IMG/VR virus record: IMGVR_UViG_3300030055_000003
Strand: one strand, 5' to 3'
Origin: a virus
Lineage: Duplodnaviria > Caudoviricetes
DNA: 64,000 bases
A model generated the notes under the pieces. The model saw nothing but the letters and a program-made list of their open reading frames with translations. It was not told the DNA's origin and did no database searches. Each line of letters opens with the position of its first letter. Positions within the stretch are counted from its first letter, which is position 1. The position numbers and the translations under genes are program-made. This document shows, in pieces, positions 9,310-18,540 of the stretch.

Positions 9310-10791
9310 ATGGGAGGAAAAAAGAATAAAGAAAATGAAATTGTAATAAGTCTAAATGGAAATCAAGCCGAAGAAGTAGTAGGCAGTAATTTAAGCATTT
9401 CATATTTATCAGATATAGGTAGAAAATGTGTTTTGGTCGAATTAGGAATGATACAAAATAACGATATGGCTGACGAATATATACTAAATAAGGAAATGTT
9501 AAATAATATTCCTATTAAAGAGTCAGATTATTGTTTTATGCTTCATTTACATTGTGATCATATTGGATTGTTTCCAGCATTATCTTCAATGGGATTTAAA
9601 GGTAGGATAATAACTACAAAGACTAATTCAATATTATCTAAACCAATGTTAAAAGATTGCATTAAAATTCATGTGAAAAATTGCGAGTATTTAAGAGAAA
9701 ATAAAGATAAATTTAAAAAGAAAATCAAAGGGAAAGTAAAAGAATTATTTGAAGAAAAAGATTTAGATAATGTAATGAGTATGATGGACGTTTATGAATT
9801 GGATAATATATATCATTTAGATGACTATTTGTCTTTTAGATTTACAAATAACTCACATATTATTGGTTCGACACAATTAGAAATTTTTATAAAGAAATTT
9901 GGAACAAATATTGTAAAAAAGATTTGTATTACAAGTGATTTAGGAAATACAGATAATTACTCATATACATATTTTACAGAACCAACAATTCCAGTATCTA
10001 ATTCAAATATTCTATTTATAGAAAGTACATATGGATTAGGAGATAGAAATTTCAACAAGAGAACTTGTATAGAAGAAAGAAAACAATTAGAAAAAGATAT
10101 ACTAGGATTTGTAAATTATAATCATTCGTGTATGATACCATGTTTTGCCTTATCTAGACTTAGTAATATGATGAGTTGGCTATATGATACGTTTAAAGAT
10201 AGATGGGATATGTCTAAACCAATTATAATAGCAACTAATCTAGGTAAAAAAATAAATGACAAAATGTATGAGGTTTTAGATAATGAAGATTTGGCTTATT
10301 GGGATGAAGTTATGACTTGGAAAGCTTTTAAATTTATAAATGATAATAAGAGTTGTGAAGCTTTTGTTAATTCTAAACCAAAAAGTTACCTAGTACTAAG
10401 TTCAAGTGGGATGATATCAGGAGGTTTTAGTAATCTATTTGTTAATCAAATGTTACAAGATTCTCATAATGGAATATTATTTTGTGGATATTGTTCTCCT
10501 AATACAATAGGTGGTCAATTATTAGATAATAGTACAGATACAGTTATTGTTGATGGTAGAACATTAAAAAAGAGATGTATTGTGAAAAGATACTATTCAT
10601 TCAGTAGCCACGCATCACAAAAAGATATTGTAAACTATATTAAGCAGTGTGATTGTCAAAAAGTAGTATTGCAACATGGAAGTAGTGACGCAAAAGAAGA
10701 ATTAAAGAAATTATCTGAAATAGAATTGAGCAAAATGAACAGGACAACAAAAGTTATTTCATCATATAAGGATATGCAAATAACTTTGTAA
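9310..10791 (+). CDS. Metallo-beta-lactamase-fold hydrolase, beta-CASP (RNA-processing) family
   Basis: HLHCDHIG (HxHxDH), SHIIGS, TSDLG, ESTYG, IPCFALSR, SSGMISGG, FSSHA, LQHG motifs in canonical order. Confidence 0.85.
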   Translation: MGGKKNKENEIVISLNGNQAEEVVGSNLSISYLSDIGRKCVLVELGMIQNNDMADEYILNKEMLNNIPIKESDYCFMLHLHCDHIGLFPALSSMGFKGRIITTKTNSILSKPMLKDCIKIHVKNCEYLRENKDKFKKKIKGKVKELFEEKDLDNVMSMMDVYELDNIYHLDDYLSFRFTNNSHIIGSTQLEIFIKKFGTNIVKKICITSDLGNTDNYSYTYFTEPTIPVSNSNILFIESTYGLGDRNFNKRTCIEERKQLEKDILGFVNYNHSCMIPCFALSRLSNMMSWLYDTFKDRWDMSKPIIIATNLGKKINDKMYEVLDNEDLAYWDEVMTWKAFKFINDNKSCEAFVNSKPKSYLVLSSSGMISGGFSNLFVNQMLQDSHNGILFCGYCSPNTIGGQLLDNSTDTVIVDGRTLKKRCIVKRYYSFSSHASQKDIVNYIKQCDCQKVVLQHGSSDAKEELKKLSEIELSKMNRTTKVISSYKDMQITL

Positions 10792-10823
10792 ATAAATTAA
10801 TAAAATAAAAGGAGATAGAAATA

Positions 10824-11159
10824 ATGGCTAAAGCATTAAAAGTAGATTATAAAGGCATTAAAGTAGAATATAAAGATGGTGAATTAAAGGGAACTATAAA
10901 AGTTGAGAATGAGGAAAATGAATTAGTAGAAACAGAAATTAATGTAACTGCTGAGGTAAAAGAATTATTAGCTACATTAGAGGAAGAAGATACAATCTCA
11001 ATTAATATTAAGAAATTTAAAGAGCCTAAAGAAAAAGAAAAACAACCTATATTTAAATATGTATGTGGTTGTGGAAAAGAAATTAAATCTAAGTTTGAAG
11101 GACTTGATATAACATGCAATGAGTGTGAGAATACATTCTGCATGGAAGAAGGCAAATAA
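10824..11159 (+). CDS. Hypothetical protein with C-terminal zinc ribbon
   Basis: CGCG...CNEC; AAGGAG RBS. Confidence 0.55.
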   Translation: MAKALKVDYKGIKVEYKDGELKGTIKVENEENELVETEINVTAEVKELLATLEEEDTISINIKKFKEPKEKEKQPIFKYVCGCGKEIKSKFEGLDITCNECENTFCMEEGK

Positions 11160-11160
11160 T

Positions 11161-11286
11161 ATGAAATGTGATAACTGTCAACATGAAAGAGTTTGTATAA
11201 TGTATAAAGAGTACATATTAAAACTTGAAAGAAGTGGTGTAGAAATTACAATTGATAAATGTAAAGAATTTGATGAAGTCGAATAG
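11161..11286 (+). CDS. Small Cys-containing hypothetical protein (41 aa; not in ORF track)
   Basis: MKCDNCQHERVC...KCKEF; starts 1 nt after previous stop. Confidence 0.55.
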   Translation: MKCDNCQHERVCIMYKEYILKLERSGVEITIDKCKEFDEVE

Positions 11287-11338
11287 CAGATACTTGAGAA
11301 AGATTTGACTATAAAATAAATTAAAACAACTAATTGAT

Positions 11339-12135
11339 ATTAACGAGAACCTTATAGATGTTACAGAGAAGTCGTGAGAAATATCTATAACCTTGTAATA
11401 TTTTATATTTATCTATGGGTTTAAATAATATATGAGGACTAACACTCATTCCCCAGAGTAATTTTCAGTTACTCGGTACTCCTTGAGGGGACGTTAAAAT
11501 AATATTCAAGGCAAGGTTAGAAAACAGGCTCACTAGCTGAGGAAATTATAATGATTAATTCGGTCACACCCCTGTATAAAAAATAATAGTGAACGCTTAC
11601 CATTAGTCCGATAGGGACGTTAAATCTATTTTTATTTAGATGTTATCGTAGCATGCCAAAAACGGAATAGATAACAAGTGTATCTATTAAGCAATAAAGT
11701 AAATGTCGTTTCAAGATTAGGTATTTAACTTTGCTTTATAATGGTTTTATGTTTACCAAAACTTGAATAGGATTGATAATCTGAAAGAAAACATATGATA
11801 CAAAACGCTGGTCAATATGCGTTTAATAAATGGTTGATTGGATTGAATAGATGGAGACGTTTTAGTTGTACCATCGAGACTAATTAGTCACTCTAGATTA
11901 ATTAGATGTTGAAGATAGGCTTTACGCCAGTGATTAGGGAGTTGACATAGGTAATTCTTCCGTAGATATATGTAATAGTCTATATTAAAAACCTACTATC
12001 AGAAAATTTCTAAGACAGGATTAAGGAAATGCGATAGCTATTCGTTAACTGGAAAAGCTTCCGATTATATGATACTCGAAGTACAAGAGTATTACCCTAT
12101 AGAATTAGTGGACATAACCATACGGATAGGGATTT
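11339..12135 (+). ncRNA. Candidate large structured non-coding RNA (ROOL/GOLLD-scale; family not assigned)
   Basis: No long ORF in either strand over 1.17 kb, visibly more G/C than flanking intergenic DNA, and a dense series of helices (11352-59/11383-90, 11456-61/11469-74, 11666-73/11681-88, 11803-08/11819-24, 11850-54/11871-75, 12071-77/12087-93, 12095-100/12126-31). Confidence 0.6.
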
Positions 12136-12458
12136 TAAAAATAAATTAATAAAATAAAGTAGCAATAAAATCACATATATAAATATAACAACCTCCTACA
12201 GTTTTTATAAAAATGTGTGATTTTATTGGTGTTTTATTACACTATGTTCCAAGTGATGATACTTGGTAAAAACTAAATATAAATAACTAGAATTATTTCC
12301 AGTAGCACTCTTAGGATAGTTAGTGCTTTACAATTAGACTTCCTCATTTAATTGAATATTTATTATTAGCAATACAGCTAAGATGTGATTTTAGGATATT
12401 TTCACATTTATCAACAAAATACCTCATTTAATAATAAATTAAAAAGTGAGGTAATAAA

Positions 12459-13322
12459 ATGAAGAAATTTACAAAGCAAGAATTAAAAGAACAATTAGGT
12501 ATGACAGAAAAAAACTCTAAGTTAGTTATGGATGCACAAAGAAAATTTCCAGCAGTATTAACAAATACTGATGATGGATTTTGTATTGATGGTAGAAAAT
12601 TACATAGTAATCTAGTTGAGAATGTAAAAACAGGAAAAAACGGAAATAAAATAAAATCAACTAAATTTAGTGATTGGATAAAAGGAAGAATAGAAAAATA
12701 TACCTTTGTTGAAAATGAAGATTATATTAAACATTATAAAATACCATCAAATCCAGTAATAGCCTACGTTCAAAAATTTGGGAACGCACTGTTATCACAG
12801 GAACAAATATTAGAACTTAATTCTCAACAACGTTCATACTATGGAATAACAGAAGAATATTCTTTAAATTTAGAAATGTCAAAACAATTATGTATGATTG
12901 AAAACAATGAAATGGGTTTGTTATGTAGAAAATATTTTATTAAAATAGAACAAGCAATAAAAGATAAAATTGAATGGCTAGAAATTAGAGAACCCGAGGC
13001 TAAAGGGTATACTGACATGAAAGTGTATATTAATAAATGGTGTGAATTAAATGGATTTGATAATTCAGATGACTCATTAACAAAACGAGAAGCTAACTTA
13101 TTGAATATAGCTTTAACTGGAAAATCGGCTATGGAATTAAGAGACTATATTGGATATAAAGATATTACTACAAGAAATCACTTACAAGGTTCAGTTAATA
13201 AAGCTTTATCAGAACTACAATTAGTTAATAGTAGTTTATTGATGGCTAATTTAGATTTTAAAACTAGAAAACCAATTATAGAAGATACTTGTAAGGCTAA
13301 ATATTCAGACTTGAAATTCTAA
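12459..13322 (+). CDS. AntA/AntB-family phage antirepressor
   Basis: IDGRKLH...FSDWIKGRIEKYTFVENEDY...EYSLNLEMSKQLCMIENNEMG..CRKYFIKIE. Confidence 0.8.
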   Translation: MKKFTKQELKEQLGMTEKNSKLVMDAQRKFPAVLTNTDDGFCIDGRKLHSNLVENVKTGKNGNKIKSTKFSDWIKGRIEKYTFVENEDYIKHYKIPSNPVIAYVQKFGNALLSQEQILELNSQQRSYYGITEEYSLNLEMSKQLCMIENNEMGLLCRKYFIKIEQAIKDKIEWLEIREPEAKGYTDMKVYINKWCELNGFDNSDDSLTKREANLLNIALTGKSAMELRDYIGYKDITTRNHLQGSVNKALSELQLVNSSLLMANLDFKTRKPIIEDTCKAKYSDLKF

Positions 13323-13414
13323 TAAATTAATAATACATATATGTAAATTATAAATCGGATTGACATTGAAGTAAATCCGATTTTGATAAATAAAAACGAA
13401 AAGGAAGATATAAA

Positions 13415-13627
13415 ATGGGAGAAAAAGAATATCAACAAGGTAGTAATAAAGATAAGAAGAAAAAACACAAAAAGTACAGAGATATTAAATGTAGTGGTTG
13501 TAAAGATATTATAGATATTGATTTATGCATCAGTAATGATGATATGGATTATGTAGATACTACTAAATCTAAAATATATGTTTATTGTGGCTCATGCGGA
13601 TTACAACATGAAGTAAAACTAAAGTAA
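13415..13627 (+). CDS. Small zinc-ribbon protein
   Basis: CSGC...CGSC. Confidence 0.5.
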   Translation: MGEKEYQQGSNKDKKKKHKKYRDIKCSGCKDIIDIDLCISNDDMDYVDTTKSKIYVYCGSCGLQHEVKLK

Positions 13628-13654
13628 CAAATAATAATAAGGGGAGAAATTATT

Positions 13655-15262
13655 ATGAATGAAATATTGAAGAAGAAAATTGAAGAGTATGACAATGAGT
13701 ATATAGGTCGTATTTACAGAAATAAGTGTGAATACGAATTAACTAATACTATGTGTAAGAATGCTATAAATGAAGAGCTAGGAACGAGTTATGCCGAAAG
13801 TACATTAAGAGGAATTGCTAAAATTTTCAATGAAACCTATGAATTAATTCTTGAAAGAGTATTAAATAAAGATAATAATGAATGTTTAAAAGGATTGGAA
13901 ATAAAAAAGAAGTCATTAGAAGTTGAAAGCAATAAACAAATTAAAGAACAAGAAAAAGAGTTAGATAAAATAAAGAAAGAAAAAGAAAAATATGAGAAGG
14001 AACTTGATAAATTAGATGCTAAAGAAGAAAAAAGATTAAGAGTTATTGAGAATGGTGAATACTATACAATATCATCTAATAAGAGAGAGATAAAAGTATC
14101 TAAAGAAAAAGTAAAAGAAATTAAGAAAATATATTGTGATGAAAATGGAATAGGAGTTTCTCAATTGTGTAGAAAACTGGATATTCCAAGAAGAGATTTT
14201 ATGTTAATCAAGTATGCTTTCAATATAGTTCATGATGATGTTCCTTATTTAGATGAAGAATTAGAATGTGAAGATAATATAGACTCATTAGTTGAAGAAA
14301 CTATTGAAAGAAGAAAAGAAAAATATTTCTTAAAACTTCAAGAAGAAGAAATAAATAAAATGAAACAAGAATTAAAGTCTTATAGAAATAAAGACTATCT
14401 TTATGATAAGATATTTGATAAATTAAGCGAAATAGAAATTAATCCTGTTAAATATAATGTTGAATTAAGACCTAGCATTAAAACAAGATGTGGATTATTG
14501 GATTTAGAAGATATGCATGTGGGAATTAAATCAAACAATTTATTCAATAAATATGATGTAGAAACTGCATATTTAAGGGGAACAGAATTAACAAAAGAGA
14601 TTATTAAAACATCTTCTGAACTAGGCATTACTGAATTATATGTAAACAATCTTGGTGATAATATTACAGGCATAATCCACGATAGTCTTATAGCAGAAAG
14701 TGAAATACCAGTAGAAGAACAAGTTAAAGTTGCAACAGAAATAATATTAAATATGTTGATATCATTTGCTGATTGTGGTTTATTCAGTAAGGTTCATTAT
14801 AGTGCTGTTAATGGTAATCATGGACGCATATCAATTAAAGAAAAAACTCCAAATGATATGCATAATTTTGAAACTTTTATCACATGGGGAATTGAATTAT
14901 CATTAGCAAGTAGTGAATATGCAGATAAAATATTAATAGAGAAAAACTATTTAGATGAAGGAGTTATTTCAACAGAAATAAATGGATGCAGAATCCTTTC
15001 TACACACGGACATAATGATAAATTTGGAAAAATAGTTCAAGATTTAATACTAATGTTTGGTGATGCAGTTGAAGTTCACACAGCACATTTACATCATAAT
15101 AAATCAGATGAAATTCATTGTAGAGAATTGTTTATGGGTAGAAGTTTTGCTGGTACTGATACATATGCTAAAGATGGAAGACATACGTCAAAAGCTGGAC
15201 AAAGACTATATGTTTATTCAGAAGGTGAAAGAGAGTTTATAAGAGATATAATATTTAAATAA
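13655..15262 (+). CDS. Coiled-coil plus calcineurin-like metallophosphoesterase (YonJ-like)
   Basis: DMHVG, LGDNITG, NGNHG, THGH, AHLHH motifs; position matches SPbeta yonJ. Confidence 0.75.
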   Translation: MNEILKKKIEEYDNEYIGRIYRNKCEYELTNTMCKNAINEELGTSYAESTLRGIAKIFNETYELILERVLNKDNNECLKGLEIKKKSLEVESNKQIKEQEKELDKIKKEKEKYEKELDKLDAKEEKRLRVIENGEYYTISSNKREIKVSKEKVKEIKKIYCDENGIGVSQLCRKLDIPRRDFMLIKYAFNIVHDDVPYLDEELECEDNIDSLVEETIERRKEKYFLKLQEEEINKMKQELKSYRNKDYLYDKIFDKLSEIEINPVKYNVELRPSIKTRCGLLDLEDMHVGIKSNNLFNKYDVETAYLRGTELTKEIIKTSSELGITELYVNNLGDNITGIIHDSLIAESEIPVEEQVKVATEIILNMLISFADCGLFSKVHYSAVNGNHGRISIKEKTPNDMHNFETFITWGIELSLASSEYADKILIEKNYLDEGVISTEINGCRILSTHGHNDKFGKIVQDLILMFGDAVEVHTAHLHHNKSDEIHCRELFMGRSFAGTDTYAKDGRHTSKAGQRLYVYSEGEREFIRDIIFK

Positions 15263-15280
15263 AATATAAAGGATTAAAAG

Positions 15281-15883
15281 GTGATTATTATGGGAGAGAT
15301 GTTTCAACCAATAGATAATATTTACAATGAAATGATTGTTCAAGATGCGCTTAAACGTAGAAAATTACATTTGAATGATGATGTAGATGAAATATCAATG
15401 TTTAAATTAATGTATTATATGGACAAAATTAAGCAAAAAGATGATAATGAAGGAATTAAATTAGGAGAAAGACAACCTATAAGAATAATAATTAATTCAT
15501 ATGGTGGGGTAATTTATGATTGTATGGCTTTATTAAGTAAAATAGAAAGATTTCAACAAGAATATAAGTATAAAATAATAACTGAATTAACTGGTAAAGG
15601 TATGAGTTGTGGAGCTTTTATTTTTGTATTCGGAGATGAACGTTTAATAAATAGTTATGGAACTTTATTATTTCATCAGTTGTCTGGAGGAAATTATGGG
15701 AATTTTACTCAATTAAAAATAAGACATGAGGAACAAGTTAGGTTACAAACATTAATTGATGATTTAATTGTTAAAAAGACAAGTATACCAAGAGAATTAT
15801 TTGAACAAAAGACAGATGGTAAAGATTGGTATTTAAGTCCAGAAGATTGTATTAAATATGATATTGCTACAAAAATAATTTAA
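15281..15883 (+). CDS. clpP: ClpP-like serine protease
   Basis: IINSYGG, GMSCG (Ser), LLFHQ (His), DWYLSPEDCIKYDIATKII C-terminal signature. Confidence 0.8.
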   Translation: MIIMGEMFQPIDNIYNEMIVQDALKRRKLHLNDDVDEISMFKLMYYMDKIKQKDDNEGIKLGERQPIRIIINSYGGVIYDCMALLSKIERFQQEYKYKIITELTGKGMSCGAFIFVFGDERLINSYGTLLFHQLSGGNYGNFTQLKIRHEEQVRLQTLIDDLIVKKTSIPRELFEQKTDGKDWYLSPEDCIKYDIATKII

Positions 15884-15888
15884 GGAAT

Positions 15889-16233
15889 ATGGTGATAGAT
15901 ATGAATGAAGAATTAAATCAAGTAGAAGAAATGGAAGAAGAATATATAGGTTCTGAAGAACAAATGGGATTAATTGCAGTTGATGAGGAATTAAAAAGAA
16001 TACAAATACAAGATAATCCTAAATCAGAAATAAGTGAAGATGTTAAAAATAGTGATTTCTATAAAGACAGTATGTCTTATATTGATATTATTGGTGCTGG
16101 ATTTCAGAAATTAATAGGATATGGGATTGATTATAATAATGCAGTTAGTATTTCTAATAATGTATATCAAAATACTATTAATGAAAGATTAGCTAAGATA
16201 CAACAAGTTCAAGCAGAACAAAATCAAGTTTAA
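15889..16233 (+). CDS. Hypothetical protein
   Basis: 114-aa ORF in operon. Confidence 0.55.
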   Translation: MVIDMNEELNQVEEMEEEYIGSEEQMGLIAVDEELKRIQIQDNPKSEISEDVKNSDFYKDSMSYIDIIGAGFQKLIGYGIDYNNAVSISNNVYQNTINERLAKIQQVQAEQNQV

Positions 16234-16235
16234 GA

Positions 16236-16826
16236 TTGGAGAATAGAATAATGAATAATGAAAAGATAAATGTAGAAAAAGTATATGAGGATTATTTAGA
16301 TGCATTAATGAAAGTGTTAAAGGATTTTGATAATATTAGTTTTATACTTTCAAATGAAAAAGCTTTAGAATTGATAGAAAGAATGGAAACTTTAGGTTAT
16401 AAATTTAATGAATATGATACATTCAGTTTTAAGGAATTTGAAGAGTTGTACAATACTGATATATTACTAATTTCTAAATCATATTGGGACAATAAAGAAC
16501 ATTATAGTTTAGAAAGTGCTTATGGTTATGATAATTTAAAAATCATTGAAGGTCAAGATGTAGTATTTATTGAAGAAGATTTAATTGATTCTGATGAATT
16601 AAAAGAATACATTGATTGCCCAATAGTAACTTTAACTGAAAAGGAATATTCCGATGAAGAAGATGAGTTAGATGATTTGTATGAGGAATTAACACAAGAT
16701 TTAATTGAAAGTTTAAATGAGAATATGGAGGATGAAGATTTTTGTCCACATTGTGAAATTAAAGATATTGTAAGAGAAGCTTATGAGATTGGATTTCAAG
16801 ACGGATTTTATTGTGAAGAAGAATAA
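16236..16826 (+). CDS. Acidic hypothetical protein
   Basis: 196-aa D/E-rich ORF with CPHC near C-terminus. Confidence 0.55.
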   Translation: MENRIMNNEKINVEKVYEDYLDALMKVLKDFDNISFILSNEKALELIERMETLGYKFNEYDTFSFKEFEELYNTDILLISKSYWDNKEHYSLESAYGYDNLKIIEGQDVVFIEEDLIDSDELKEYIDCPIVTLTEKEYSDEEDELDDLYEELTQDLIESLNENMEDEDFCPHCEIKDIVREAYEIGFQDGFYCEEE

Positions 16827-16948
16827 ATTAATAGAATAATAATCGAATAAAAGAGTAGTTTTAAAGCAACTTAAGGAGGTATTTTAAAACAAAAAGTGAA
16901 TCTATAGAATTTTAAATAAATTAAAAATATCAAGGAGGAAAATATAAT

Positions 16949-17245
16949 ATGAAATTAGCAAATGGAATACAATTAACCGATGGTTCTATTTTAGATGAAG
17001 CCTTTTCAGAATTAAAAGAAAAGGTGAAATCTTTATCTGGAGTTTCTAGTACAGGAGTAACAGATAATACTTATATAGATAGTAAAATAGAAGAAGTAAA
17101 AGCTTTAATACCTGTGGTTGATTTAAGTGGATATGCTAAAACTACTGATATTGCTGAGGTTGTTAATAGTTTGAATTCTTTAATTGAAGAGTTAAAGGCT
17201 GGTAAATATAATGTTAGTGTGGCTAATACAACTACCACAGTATAG
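16949..17245 (+). CDS. Hypothetical protein
   Basis: 98 aa, AAGGAGG RBS. Confidence 0.6.
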   Translation: MKLANGIQLTDGSILDEAFSELKEKVKSLSGVSSTGVTDNTYIDSKIEEVKALIPVVDLSGYAKTTDIAEVVNSLNSLIEELKAGKYNVSVANTTTTV

Positions 17246-17375
17246 GTAAATTGGATTATTTGACTAAGTAGATTTAGGTTTACTTAGTTGTTTTTTGATA
17301 TTTATATGTTATTTATTTTAATGGAACTTATTTTTTTGGTAAGTTGCTAAAGATAAATAAATTAAAATTAAAATA

Positions 17376-17527
17376 TTGACAGTGAATACTCTATGGAGTA
17401 TAATTGTGATATAGGATAGATAAGAAAGTCATGAGTCTTATTAATAAGTGAGTGTTCCGAAACTCATTTCCTATATTCTAAATAATAAATCGGAATAAAT
17501 TAAATGCAATCGGAGGTAATAAATATT
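17376..17527 (+). promoter_or_regulatory. sigmaA promoter plus hairpin/pseudoknot leader of HNH gene
   Basis: TTGACA 17376-81, 17 bp, TATAAT 17399-404; stem aagtgagt/actcattt with loop gttccgaa; loop complements tcggaa 17490-95 and tcggag 17510-15 (RBS). Confidence 0.65.
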
Positions 17528-18489
17528 ATGGGGAAAGGTCAATTTTGGACAATAGAAGATGAAGAATTTTTAAAAGAAAATTACATATATTTATCGAAAG
17601 AAGAATTAATGAATAAATTTAATAATAGGACTTGGAAGGGAATAAGACATAAGGCTAATGATATGGGAGTTAAAAAACAAAACGACTATGAAAATATTTC
17701 AAACGATGAATTATATAAAATAGAAGGTGGAATAAAATATAAATTATGTAAGTGTTGTAGAAGATATTTACCTTTGGAATTAAAATATTTTCCAAAAGAC
17801 AATACGTGTACAGATGGGTTTAGAAATATTTGCAAGGAATGTAAAGGTGAGAACTTTGAGATTTCAAATGCGATTGATTGGACAGATAAAGATGTGGAGT
17901 TATTAAAAAAGTTTATTCCAATATGATAAATGAAGATATTATTAAAGAATATTTTCCAAATAGAAAAATAAAACATCTAACAGATAAATCTTCGAAATTA
18001 GGATTAAAGAAAAATAAAGAGACTTTTAATAGATGTAGAATTATGAGTTGTGAGGGCAGAATTAAGATATCTAATATTAGAAAAATAGATGGAATTTTTA
18101 AAGGAAGAAATAATCCAATGTATGAATCTAAAAGATATGGTAATCTTAATCCTAATTGGCAAGGTGGGATTACTTCAGAAAAAAGCAGAATAATGAATAC
18201 TGAGGAATATAAAAATTGGAGAAAACAAGTTTTTGAAAGAGATAATTATACTTGTCAATGTTGTGGTGAGAAAACACATAATAATGAAGCTCATCACATA
18301 GATAATTTTGCAGACTATGAAGATAAAAGATTTGATGTTGAAAATGGAATGACTTTATGTAAGCAATGTCATAATCCAAATCAAGAAGGAAGTTTTCATA
18401 ATACTTACGGAACGTTGCACAATAATAAAGAACAGTTAGAAGAATATATTGAAAGTAAAACAGATAAAGATTTAAAAGTCGCTAATTAA
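17528..18489 (+). CDS. HNH homing-endonuclease-like gene split by a -1 frameshift at A_AAA_AAG (17905-17911)
   Basis: Two ORFs (17504-17926, 17923-18489) join in the -1 frame to complete a second WTxxDxExLKxxY Myb-like repeat; C-terminal RDNYTCQCCG...EAHHI...NGMTLCKQCH HNH domain. Confidence 0.75.
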
Positions 18490-18504
18490 TTTAGTGGCTT
18501 TTTT
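18475..18504 (+). terminator. Rho-independent terminator after HNH gene
   Basis: aaagtcgctaa/ttagtggcttt stem plus T run. Confidence 0.65.
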
Positions 18505-18540
18505 ATTATGTAAAAAATCAATCAAAGGAGAAATGAGAAA

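Noticed and set aside
11339-12135. Group I or group II intron in the long non-coding region
   Set aside because: No interrupted host gene, no recognisable P1/P7 context or domain V
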